Positions 48,048-57,301 of a stretch of DNA of 64,000 nt are shown piece after piece. The stretch is from Bacteroidota bacterium (GTDB taxonomy: Bacteria; Bacteroidota; Bacteroidia; NS11-12g; UBA955): contig CANFXY010000001.1 in assembly GCA_947451105.1 (NCBI GenBank), forward strand, positions 280-64,279, written 5' to 3'. The position numbers and the translations under genes were made by a program. Within the stretch, counting starts at the first letter, position 1; the number at the start of each line of letters is the position of its first letter. The notes beneath the pieces were generated by a model, which was not told the origin of the DNA, made no database searches, and saw nothing but the letters and a program-made list of their open reading frames with translations.

Positions 48048-49733
48048 TTATGCTAATTGATTTTCTGCCAAGTCTAATAAATATTTAATCATCAGATACA
48101 GTCCGTTGGTAACGGTGTTCTTTTTATTGGTATCGGTAGGGTTGTTGATATGGTCGTTCCATGCATTGGTCCAATAGATGTCGTTGGTCTGTCCAAACAG
48201 CAAGGTGCTTTGTTTTAAACCCGTTTTCTGCGTTGTGCTGATATCCATTGCATATAACAGGTCTATCGTTTCTTGAATAAGGGTATTGGGATTAGAAGGG
48301 TCGGAGCATTGTTTTGCAAACTCAATGACATCAGCTTGGAGTTTTTTGCTGCCTTTGTAATTAAATCCAATCATTAAGGCAACGGTGTATTGTATGCGTT
48401 TAGGTAAAGTGTCGGAGTTTAGCCAAAGCTGATGGTATTGCGGTGTTTGGTAATAAGCTTGCCAGCCAGAGACGTTGGGAGGGTTTCCTAAAAACATACC
48501 AGACACAGCCGCTCCTGCCCACATGGCATAGTATGCATCATGGATGTCTTCAGGGATTGAGGTAGGAAACTGTACATTAAATTGTTTGATGAAACTTCCA
48601 AAAACATCTAATGGATTTTTAATGTAACAACCGATGTTTTTGCTGTCGTAAAAATGTTCACTTTTTAACAAAGCAGATAGCAATGGCTTAATTTCCCAAT
48701 TGCTCTTGAAATCATTGGCCAATGGGATAATGACATTGTTTTCTATGTTGGTGTCAATAACATAATAAACAAAATAGCGGTAAAGTTTTCTTACAATATG
48801 CCTAGCAACTACATCACTTTTCGAAAAAATCATGTTGATTAAGTCGTCCGTTTCATACTCACCAGCTGCACCTATTTGCCCCTTTATTACGGTGTTGTTA
48901 AAAAAGCTTGAGAAGGTCTTGTCGCTTTGGTCATGCACCACATCAGAGAAATATCTAGTAAGGCCAGGGTAATTAATGCGCCAACCAGTAAGCACTTTAG
49001 CCGCAGCCTTTACGTCGTCTTCGGTGTATTGACTGTCTGGTTGTTTTCCTAGGGTAAATAGCTCCATTAGCTCTCGGGCATAATTCTCATCCGGTGCTGT
49101 TTTGGTGTTCACATAACCGTTTAGGTATATAAGCATTGCCATGTCCACGGTTACCGTTTTTATTAGCGACTTGAAATTTCCGAGGCAATTTTCCCTCAAC
49201 ATGTTTTGGTGGCGGTAGGCGATAATGGGGCTGCCAACCTGTTCAACCTCTGTTGCAAAATGATTGTGCATAAACACCGTCATCTTTTCGCGTATATGCC
49301 TTTCGGGTTTAAGCACTTGTTGCATGCTCCATGCATACAATGAGGCCCGTCGCTGTCCCGTAAAATTGTTGCTGTCTGTTCCGTTGACCCAAGTTGCTCC
49401 AGAGGCAATGTCTGGGTCAATCATCGTTTGGGTGTTGTATCCATTAACTGGAGGACTGGGTTGTGTGCTTGGGATGTTTAGTAAATAGTCTACTGCATCA
49501 TTCATACTCATCGATTTGAAGAAATTTACATCTGAACGGTTAAAGCCAAACAGGGTTCTTCTAAGCAAATGTTTTACTTGCGCATCCCCCCATACCCCTG
49601 AATAATTGGCAATTGAACCTAAGCCTAGGTCTAAATCTGTGGGCTCAGTTTGATTCTGTAGGTTTTCAATGTTTACTTTTTTAACAGGTTCTTTTTCTGT
49701 AAAAAGTTCAGAAATGAAATCTCTCCTTTGCAT
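48048..49733 (-). CDS. DUF1800 family protein
   Basis: HLLRRTLFG, EKMTVFMHNHF, AMLIYL, ENYARELMELFTLG, LTGW, PPNVSGW. Confidence 0.9.
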   Translation of the reverse strand: MQRRDFISELFTEKEPVKKVNIENLQNQTEPTDLDLGLGSIANYSGVWGDAQVKHLLRRTLFGFNRSDVNFFKSMSMNDAVDYLLNIPSTQPSPPVNGYNTQTMIDPDIASGATWVNGTDSNNFTGQRRASLYAWSMQQVLKPERHIREKMTVFMHNHFATEVEQVGSPIIAYRHQNMLRENCLGNFKSLIKTVTVDMAMLIYLNGYVNTKTAPDENYARELMELFTLGKQPDSQYTEDDVKAAAKVLTGWRINYPGLTRYFSDVVHDQSDKTFSSFFNNTVIKGQIGAAGEYETDDLINMIFSKSDVVARHIVRKLYRYFVYYVIDTNIENNVIIPLANDFKSNWEIKPLLSALLKSEHFYDSKNIGCYIKNPLDVFGSFIKQFNVQFPTSIPEDIHDAYYAMWAGAAVSGMFLGNPPNVSGWQAYYQTPQYHQLWLNSDTLPKRIQYTVALMIGFNYKGSKKLQADVIEFAKQCSDPSNPNTLIQETIDLLYAMDISTTQKTGLKQSTLLFGQTNDIYWTNAWNDHINNPTDTNKKNTVTNGLYLMIKYLLDLAENQLA

Positions 49734-49939
49734 GGTAATTTTAAAAGTTTGAATGTTTAGGACTTTAACTTGACCAAAAGTACAATTATTTTGGTTTTAA
49801 ATCCTAAAATTAAAAAATAAATTACATATAATTTTGAGTTTAATGGTTTGATATTTTTATTTAAAACACTTAAATACAATTACATATAAGTAATATTAAG
49901 TTTGCATTATGGTTTTGGTTTTCAGTAAAATCCTGCGAT

Positions 49940-50449
49940 TTATTGCTTTAATAAAAGTTCCATTAATTTCTCAAAGGTGTAATTTACCCTTCCTAAATAA
50001 TATTTCGCCGTAATGCTTAAAGATTGTTTGTCTTCAAAAATGTGTTGTTCTAAATAAATGTCGCCGAAATTTATTTCTCTGTGTTCCCCTAGTTCGTCAT
50101 AAAATGTATCTGCTTTTAGAACAATGCCTTGTACTTTGGCTTTAATTCCTTTGTCCCACACCTCATGTCTTTCCTCAGATTTTAATATGGAATAATTGTT
50201 TTTCAACAGTATGTTTTTAAAGTGTTCTATTATATAAGCAAGCTGTTCTGGGTCATTGAAATTAGCATTCCAATACAATTTAGCATGCAATTGATCGCAA
50301 CCGTATTGAATGTTGTTGTCCTCATGTCCAAATACATGCCGCGTATAGCATTGGTGCAAATGATTTAAATCAATTTCTTTTTGGGTGCTTTCCCAATGTT
50401 GATAACGCAAGTGAAAATTTAAGGGCCTTAGTAATATTTTTGTATGCAT
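49940..50449 (-). CDS. Hypothetical protein
   Basis: 169-aa ORF with ATG start filling the gap; no recognised motif. Confidence 0.7.
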   Translation of the reverse strand: MHTKILLRPLNFHLRYQHWESTQKEIDLNHLHQCYTRHVFGHEDNNIQYGCDQLHAKLYWNANFNDPEQLAYIIEHFKNILLKNNYSILKSEERHEVWDKGIKAKVQGIVLKADTFYDELGEHREINFGDIYLEQHIFEDKQSLSITAKYYLGRVNYTFEKLMELLLKQ

Positions 50450-50569
50450 CTATTGGTTGTGTTTTTAGGTAACGCATTTTGAGTTTGTATATTATTTAAT
50501 GATTGCAAAAACAAATGACAATCTTTTCACATTTTCAATTGTTGTTCAATTAATAAAAGAGTAGAGGAG

Positions 50570-51982
50570 ATGAATATAACATTTTGGGGAGCCGCAAGAC
50601 AAGTAACGGGCAGCATGCATTTGCTGACTCTAAATTCAGGATATAATATTTTAGTTGATTGTGGACTTGATTATGAAAATCGAGATGACTTTGATGCAAA
50701 CAATAGAAATTTCCCTTTTTTACCCGAGGAAATCGACTTGGTCATCTTAACACATTCGCATATTGACCATTCTGGAAATCTACCCAACTTGGTCCGTCAA
50801 GGATACAAAGGACAAATTTTATGCTCTGAAGCCAGTGTTGAACTAACACAAAATTTATTGCTTGATTCTTTAAATGTTCAACAAATACAAGGGCAGAAAA
50901 AGCATAAGAACAAAAAGAATTCTAAAAGACCCATCAGACAAAGCAAGGCTGAACAAGTTGCAACCTTATACAATAGAATTCATATAACGCAAACCCATGA
51001 TGCGATGGTGGGTATTGATTTTTATAAGCCTTTTAAAGTAAATGATGAATTAACCATTGAGTTGTTTGAGGCAGGACATATTTTGGGTGCGGCTTCTGTT
51101 AAAGTTTCTGTTAATGAAAATGGCAACACGAAAGTAATTGGTTTTACTGGCGACTTGGGTAACTACAATTCGAAATTGGTAAAAGATCCAGTTCCAATGC
51201 CTGGCCTTGATTATTTGGTGAGCGAAAGTACATACGGCGCTAGAATGCACAGCCATTCTGGGGATGCCAGCGATGTTTTGTTGGAATACGTCAACAACAC
51301 GTGTATCAAATACAAAGGTAAATTGGTCATTCCGGCTTTCAGTGTTGGAAGAACACAGTCTATACTTTTTGCATTTAATGAATTGTACGTGAAAGGTCTA
51401 CTGCCCAATGTGAAAATTTTCACCGACAGTCCCTTGGCCATTAAAACCACGAGAATGTATGCGTCGCATATTTCTGGATTAAATGAAGAAGCCAAAGAGT
51501 TTTACAAAACACATGGTAACCTTTTTTCTTTCCCTGAATTGTATACCATAGAAAACAACAACGACAGCAAAATGATTTCAATGATGCCAGAACCAGCAGT
51601 TATTATTTCTGCTGCAGGTATGGTTGAAGGTGGACGAATTCAAGAACACGTTAGGAATAATATTGGTGATGCCTACAGCACCATATTAATTGCTGGGTAT
51701 TGTGCAGAGGGAACTTTGGGCGCAGAATTGTTAAAGGGTAGGCCAACAGTAACGATTAGTAAACGCGTAAGGCAAGTTTATGCAAAAGTGGCTAGAACCG
51801 ATGTTTTTAGCGCCCATCCGGACCGTGAAGGTTTGTTAAAGTACTATGCCGATTCTAATGTCGATCAATTGAAAAAACTATTTTTAGTGCATGGTGATTT
51901 GGAAAGTATGGAAGGTCTCAAAGCCTACATTAAAAGCAATAATGTTGAAATGCCAATTCAAGGCCAGACATTTGAGCTTTAA
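50570..51982 (+). CDS. MBL-fold beta-CASP ribonuclease
   Basis: VTGS, DCG, THSHIDHSG, GHILG, TGDLG, ESTYG, PAFSVGRTQ, SAH, LVHGD. Confidence 0.92.
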   Translation: MNITFWGAARQVTGSMHLLTLNSGYNILVDCGLDYENRDDFDANNRNFPFLPEEIDLVILTHSHIDHSGNLPNLVRQGYKGQILCSEASVELTQNLLLDSLNVQQIQGQKKHKNKKNSKRPIRQSKAEQVATLYNRIHITQTHDAMVGIDFYKPFKVNDELTIELFEAGHILGAASVKVSVNENGNTKVIGFTGDLGNYNSKLVKDPVPMPGLDYLVSESTYGARMHSHSGDASDVLLEYVNNTCIKYKGKLVIPAFSVGRTQSILFAFNELYVKGLLPNVKIFTDSPLAIKTTRMYASHISGLNEEAKEFYKTHGNLFSFPELYTIENNNDSKMISMMPEPAVIISAAGMVEGGRIQEHVRNNIGDAYSTILIAGYCAEGTLGAELLKGRPTVTISKRVRQVYAKVARTDVFSAHPDREGLLKYYADSNVDQLKKLFLVHGDLESMEGLKAYIKSNNVEMPIQGQTFEL

Positions 51983-52009
51983 TTGCTAAAACGTATTAAT
52001 TCTAAGGCA

Positions 52010-52351
52010 TTAGATTAATCCTTTCATTAGCTCTTTTTCTGGATCCCAAAAAAGGTTCTTAAAATCTACAACTTGATCGTTTTCAATTCTAATCCCCTCT
52101 TTCTCTAAGGATTCTTGCATGGAATTGCCTCCAAAATGCATTTTACCAGTTAACAATCCATTTCTATTAAGTACCCTATGGGCAGGGATTTTTTCTTCTA
52201 GTCCATGTGAAGCATTCATCGCCCAACCAACCATGCGGCTCGATGACTTAGCGCCAAGATAGGCTGCAATTGCTCCATAGCTTGTGACGCGGCCATGAGG
52301 AATGAGTTTTACCACCTCAAAAACACTGTTGAAAAAGTTTTGTTTTGTCAT
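52010..52351 (-). CDS. MGMT family / alkyltransferase-like (ATL) protein
   Basis: IPHGRVTSYGAIA, RMVG, PAHRV (no Cys), LEKEG. Confidence 0.9.
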   Translation of the reverse strand: MTKQNFFNSVFEVVKLIPHGRVTSYGAIAAYLGAKSSSRMVGWAMNASHGLEEKIPAHRVLNRNGLLTGKMHFGGNSMQESLEKEGIRIENDQVVDFKNLFWDPEKELMKGLI

Positions 52352-52429
52352 ATTTATGTCAGCAAACTATTTTGGCAAAATTATTGTCTATAGTCTAAAT
52401 AAAGAATAATAAATTTGCAATTGTACAAA

Positions 52430-54097
52430 ATGAATAAATCGAAATTTTTATCACGTCTACTGATTCTTGCACTTGGTATTGGGATTTTAACCCAAGTAGC
52501 GGCACAAAAACCAGGAAAGAAAGCAGAACAGAAGCCTGCACAGAAAACAGAGCAAAAGCAAGCTGAAACGACTTCAACTAAAAAAGAAACAACACCTGCA
52601 ACCACGCCAGCGGTCAATAAATTTGATGCCTCTCAAGTTGGCAGAGACAAGGGAAGTTATGCCATTAAAGTAAAATTAAAAGGCTTTAGAAATGTTCCAA
52701 TTTATTTGGCCGATAATTTTGGTGATAAGCAATACCTTAGGGATACCTGTATGCTTGATGGCAATGGTGTAGGTACATTCGAAGGTAATCCAAAGCTTCA
52801 AAGGGGTATGTACATGATTGTATTTCCTCAAATGCAGGCTTTTTATGAATTGCCAATCACTGCCGATCAAGAATTTTATTTTGAAGCGGATACCAACGTG
52901 GATGAGACAACAGTGAAAGTTGTAGGTTCAGTTGAAAATGAAGCTTTTGTTGAGTACCAGCGAGTGAGAGCCATCAATGGCAAAACCCGTTATTACCTCG
53001 ACCAAGACATGAAAAATGCCAAAACGGCAAACAATGACAGTTTGTATAAAAGCTTCAAAACCCAAAGGGATTCTTTAGATGCTCAAGACATTCGTTTTAG
53101 AGAAAATTATGTTTCAAAAAACTCAACCCATTTTGTGACTAAATTATTTAAGGCATTTCAATCGATAAGAATTCCTCAAAATCCGAATCCTTTGGATTCA
53201 ATGTATGATTACCGCTATTTCCGCGACCACTATTGGGACAATGTTGATTTTAACGAATCAGGTTTAATAAGAGCTCCCCAAGGTTTATTGGCTGCCAAAT
53301 TAAACGAATACATAGACAAAGTATCTTTTCAAGATCCAGACAGTTTGGTCAATGCCGTTGACATTGCTATTGGTAAAACTGTCCCATACACAGAAACTCA
53401 AAAATATTTTGTTCAGTATTTAACCAATAAGTTTCAAGATAGAAAAATTATGTGTCAAGACAATGTAACCATTCACTTGATTAACAAATACTATTGTCAA
53501 AATGAAGCTTGGTGGTACGATGACACCGCTGGCAAAAGAAAAATGTGCGAGGAAGCTAGGAAAGCGGTTCCAACTTTATGTGGAAAAGCAGCACCTGATT
53601 TGAATATGGCTGATACCGCGGGTAAAATGCACCGTTTGTATGAAAGTTTAGGACGTTACACCATTCTCTTTTTCTACGACCCAACTTGCGGACACTGTAA
53701 AGAAGTTATTCCAGTGGTGAACCGAGTTTTCTTAGAGCACAAAAAGAATGGCATTAAAGTGTACGCGGTTTCAACAGAAAACCAATACGATGAATGGCGT
53801 AAAATGATGCGCAGCAGACCGGAGTTGCAAGGATGGATAAATGTTTGCAGAGTTGACCGCTATGCACCTTGGCCTTATTACAAACAAGACTACAACATTG
53901 TTGCTAACCCGACGATTTTTATCTTGGATGAGAATGGTAGAATTATTGGAAAGAAAATACACGAAGACCAATTGGAGTTCTTCATTGAGTCTTTGTTGTA
54001 TGAAAAAGGAATCATAAGCACAAAACCAACACCTCCAGTTGAGAAGAAAGAAGATAAAGCAGAAGGATCTGCAAGTGAAGTACCAAGTACTTATTAA
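52430..54097 (+). CDS. Exported TlpA/redoxin-domain protein (DUF5106-like middle region)
   Basis: Signal peptide from ATG 52430; low-complexity K/Q/T linker; HYWDN; GKAAPD; FYDPTCGHC thioredoxin motif. Confidence 0.85.
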   Translation: MNKSKFLSRLLILALGIGILTQVAAQKPGKKAEQKPAQKTEQKQAETTSTKKETTPATTPAVNKFDASQVGRDKGSYAIKVKLKGFRNVPIYLADNFGDKQYLRDTCMLDGNGVGTFEGNPKLQRGMYMIVFPQMQAFYELPITADQEFYFEADTNVDETTVKVVGSVENEAFVEYQRVRAINGKTRYYLDQDMKNAKTANNDSLYKSFKTQRDSLDAQDIRFRENYVSKNSTHFVTKLFKAFQSIRIPQNPNPLDSMYDYRYFRDHYWDNVDFNESGLIRAPQGLLAAKLNEYIDKVSFQDPDSLVNAVDIAIGKTVPYTETQKYFVQYLTNKFQDRKIMCQDNVTIHLINKYYCQNEAWWYDDTAGKRKMCEEARKAVPTLCGKAAPDLNMADTAGKMHRLYESLGRYTILFFYDPTCGHCKEVIPVVNRVFLEHKKNGIKVYAVSTENQYDEWRKMMRSRPELQGWINVCRVDRYAPWPYYKQDYNIVANPTIFILDENGRIIGKKIHEDQLEFFIESLLYEKGIISTKPTPPVEKKEDKAEGSASEVPSTY

Positions 54098-54114
54098 CAG
54101 TTAAAATTGTATTG

Positions 54115-54146
54115 AAGGCCGCACTTGTTTAAGTTGCGGCCTTTTT
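54115..54146. terminator. Terminator between convergent genes
   Basis: AAGGCCGCA...TGCGGCCTT followed by a T run. Confidence 0.8.
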
Positions 54147-54793
54147 TATTTCTTTTTTATAACGGCTTTGCCGCGGTCGTATATTTCACCGTAGCGAAAA
54201 GACAACCCAAAGGTGTAATAAGATCCAGTAAAACCTTTGGATACCAATGATACCCTTGTGCCCATCCCTGCGCCAAGCCATACCCACCAAGTAAGTTTGT
54301 AATTGGCGAAAAATCCAAGCTCCGCAGGCATAACAAACAAGGATTTTTTACTGATGTCTTGTGCACTGTTTCTTTGTTTGATGCTACCGCCTCCAATTCC
54401 AAGGGCAAATGGAATTGAAAAACGCCATTTTTTTGAATTGTGGAAGTAGTATTCACAACCAAAATTAATATATGTTAGCTTATAGGCTTCCCATACTGTA
54501 TTTGAATCCGTTTTTTTAGGACCAGCACTTGGGTTGCTTATAATATTTTCTTTGTTGTATGACTTGTAAAACCCTAAAAACAAATTTGTTCTCTTGTTGT
54601 ACAAATAACCAGCCTGTAAGCCAAACAATTTAATCGGCACATCTCTTACTATGCTGTTTTTGCCATCTAAACCAATAAAAGCACTTTTTTCGCCTTTTAA
54701 ATCCGAACGAATATTGCTGTACATGTTTTTCATCTGGGCATTGCACAGGGTATGCGAAATCAAAAAGATAAATAAAAAGAATAACCTTGTCAT
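54146..54793 (-). CDS. Hypothetical exported, probably outer-membrane beta-barrel protein
   Basis: Signal peptide MTRLFFLFIFLISHTLCNA; amphipathic beta-strands. Confidence 0.65.
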   Translation of the reverse strand: MTRLFFLFIFLISHTLCNAQMKNMYSNIRSDLKGEKSAFIGLDGKNSIVRDVPIKLFGLQAGYLYNKRTNLFLGFYKSYNKENIISNPSAGPKKTDSNTVWEAYKLTYINFGCEYYFHNSKKWRFSIPFALGIGGGSIKQRNSAQDISKKSLFVMPAELGFFANYKLTWWVWLGAGMGTRVSLVSKGFTGSYYTFGLSFRYGEIYDRGKAVIKKK

Positions 54794-54846
54794 CGCCGCA
54801 AAAATAATCTTAAATTTTTCGAACAAGACATGCATCTTTGCCACAG

Positions 54847-55416
54847 ATGTTGCATTTATTGGAAATAGCCTCTGTATTAACCTTGTTTGTCTATATGTAT
54901 TATGCCTATAAACAAAGTTCAGTTGCGTGGCTATTTGGTATTGCGGGTTCCTTTTTAAGTGTGGTTTTGTTTTTTAACAAAGGTTTTTACGGCAGTATGG
55001 TACTCAATTTAATCTATGTATTGCAAGGTTTTATGGGGTATTTTGAATGGAAGTGGAAGTCACCCAACTTAGTTCCTTCCTTCAAATTAAAGTTAAACCA
55101 CCACATCCTTGTTTTAATTGTATCCATTTTACTAACCTTCGGTTTTATTCGATGGTTTGCCTTTTTTAACTTCACTGAATTTAGTTATGTAGATGTTTTC
55201 TTAGCTTTGTTGAGTGTTGTAGCGACTTATTTAGAAATCAAAAAGGAAATATCCTGCTGGTGGTACTGGATTTTTTGCAATCTTTCTTTTGCAATTTTGT
55301 ACTTGAATTTAACCAAGAATGAGCCACCAATGTATTTTTACTCCAGCTTGATGTTGGCATTGGCTATTTTCTCTTGGTATGCCAAGAAAGAGTGGTCTAC
55401 TCGCTTAAAAATTTAG
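54847..55416 (+). CDS. pnuC: PnuC-family (nicotinamide riboside/B-vitamin) transporter
   Basis: LEI..., AWLFGI, G..EW, D...LSVVATYL, WxxW-like CWWYW; about 7 TM segments. Confidence 0.8.
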   Translation: MLHLLEIASVLTLFVYMYYAYKQSSVAWLFGIAGSFLSVVLFFNKGFYGSMVLNLIYVLQGFMGYFEWKWKSPNLVPSFKLKLNHHILVLIVSILLTFGFIRWFAFFNFTEFSYVDVFLALLSVVATYLEIKKEISCWWYWIFCNLSFAILYLNLTKNEPPMYFYSSLMLALAIFSWYAKKEWSTRLKI

Positions 55417-56025
55417 TATTAGTTTTATCCCAACACCAAAGAATACTAGGCCTGAGACCTGATTGATTCTTTGCACCACTTTGTCGGTCATCCATTTCTT
55501 TAGCAAGGATGCAAAATAAGCAATGGCAATTTCAACTACAAAAATACTGAACAAGCAGGCACTGAAATAAATTACCTGGTCGTTGATCTGATAATCTAGT
55601 TTGACCTTTAGCAAGGAGCTAATGGCTAACCAACTGAAAAAATTAACAGGATTTACAACATTTAACAAAAAACCATTGCCAATAAAATACAATGCGCTTT
55701 TGCTTGACGATGTGAAAATTTTACCCTCATCTGGCTTTGGTTTGGCCTTTAAAAACATGCTAATGCCCATTATGAGTAAGACCAAGCCGCCCAAAAAGGA
55801 AATCGTGTTTTGATTGTTCTTTAAGAATTCGGCAAATTCAGTACTTAAAATAGCAAGCGCAATAAAAATAATATCACATAGAATTACTCCACTCGCGATA
55901 TAAATGCCGGTTTTGTAGCCTGAATTTACACTGTTTTTAATTAATGAAAAAAACACAGTGCCAAGCATGAGGCTAAGTATAACACCAGTTAAGAGGCCTT
56001 GAAGTATGCAATTTAACAAATGCAT
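55405..56025 (-). CDS. LysE family translocator
   Basis: G.VFF...G...G..D pattern; GFLLNVVNP; 6 TM segments. Confidence 0.85.
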   Translation of the reverse strand: MHLLNCILQGLLTGVILSLMLGTVFFSLIKNSVNSGYKTGIYIASGVILCDIIFIALAILSTEFAEFLKNNQNTISFLGGLVLLIMGISMFLKAKPKPDEGKIFTSSSKSALYFIGNGFLLNVVNPVNFFSWLAISSLLKVKLDYQINDQVIYFSACLFSIFVVEIAIAYFASLLKKWMTDKVVQRINQVSGLVFFGVGIKLILNF

Positions 56026-56109
56026 TTGGATGAAATTTTAATGGTTAAAAATAAAATAAAATTAAAATAATAATAAGGATTGCAAATTATAACTTTGCAG
56101 TGGATTTAT

Positions 56110-56487
56110 ATGAGTACAAGGACAGAAAAATTCAATAAAGAAATGCAAAGGGAACTGGGTGTTATCTTTCAAAGTAAAACACACGATTGGTTCGAAGGGG
56201 CGTTTATAACTGTTACGGAAGTAAGTTCTAGTCCTGATTTAAGTTATGTTAAAGCCTACCTCAGCATTTACAATGTTAAAAGCAAACAGAATGCTATGGA
56301 ATTGGTTAATTTGTATAACAAGCAAATAAGAAAAATATTGGCTGGCAAAATTAAAAACTCAGTTAGAATCATACCTGAATTGCATTTCTTGGAAGACAAT
56401 AGTTTAGAAAATGCACTTAAGTTTGATAAACTATTTGACCAATTAAGGGACGAAAGATCCGGTAGAGAAGAAGAAAATAAGGATTAA
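56110..56487 (+). CDS. rbfA: Ribosome-binding factor A
   Basis: ITVTEV.SSPDLS..KAYLS, IPELHF.ED. A TAACTTTG promoter box at 56090 supports ATG 56110. Confidence 0.93.
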   Translation: MSTRTEKFNKEMQRELGVIFQSKTHDWFEGAFITVTEVSSSPDLSYVKAYLSIYNVKSKQNAMELVNLYNKQIRKILAGKIKNSVRIIPELHFLEDNSLENALKFDKLFDQLRDERSGREEENKD

Positions 56488-56494
56488 TCTAGAA

Positions 56495-57301
56495 ATGCCA
56501 GTAAGCAGTAGATCTGAGTTGTTTACAGATGTGTTGGATAAACACAGCAATGCAAGAAAATTATATATATACTTAACCCACTCTTTGTTGTTGAAAAACA
56601 ACATTATCAGAAGGGAAATTAAATTGTGTGGACGAAGGAAAAATAAAGTTCAGCATGTTTTATACCCTGGTTTTGGAATGGGGCAGTTGTTAGGTCTATT
56701 CTCTAACTACAAGAAAAAGTACAATATTTTGGGGATCGACAAGAACCAAAAAATGGTTACCCAATCTACGGCCTATTTTAAACACGAAAACATTCATAAC
56801 ATATACTGCAGAACTGAGGATGTTTTAAATTTTGATCAACATAGTTCATTTGATTTATGCCTCTCAATTAATTTGTTAAATTATATTGAAGACGATAGAA
56901 AGGCTCTAACCAATATGTTTAATGCTTTGAAGAAACCGGGCATGCTTTTGATTTTCAATTCGAGCAATTATGCCGATGATAAAGCAAGTAAACTTAATGT
57001 TGGTGTATACACCGACGAAAAAGTTCGCAATGGCTACGGCATTATAGAACTCAAACAAATGTTAAAGGAAATTGGGTTTTCTAAAGTTAAAGCAAGATAC
57101 GCCTATGGTACTCCAGGAATACTAAGTTGGAAATTAACCACCGCTTTGCCAACTAAAATGATTAAAACGTCTCAATTGTTTTTTGCCATCTTGCCGTTTT
57201 ATACCTTGTTGTGTATTCCCTTGGTTATTTTATTTAATTTTCTAGACATCAATATGAAGCACAATAAAGGCAAATGTATTGTTGTTAGAGCATTTAAATA
57301 A
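56495..57301 (+). CDS. Class I SAM-dependent methyltransferase-like protein
   Basis: Degenerate motif I (LYPGFGMG), GID, FDLCLS, LKKPG. Confidence 0.7.
   Translation: MPVSSRSELFTDVLDKHSNARKLYIYLTHSLLLKNNIIRREIKLCGRRKNKVQHVLYPGFGMGQLLGLFSNYKKKYNILGIDKNQKMVTQSTAYFKHENIHNIYCRTEDVLNFDQHSSFDLCLSINLLNYIEDDRKALTNMFNALKKPGMLLIFNSSNYADDKASKLNVGVYTDEKVRNGYGIIELKQMLKEIGFSKVKARYAYGTPGILSWKLTTALPTKMIKTSQLFFAILPFYTLLCIPLVILFNFLDINMKHNKGKCIVVRAFK

Noticed and set aside
52505..52615. AGCAGAACAGAAGCC-like repeats
   Set aside because: They encode a low-complexity K/Q/A/T linker after the signal peptide.
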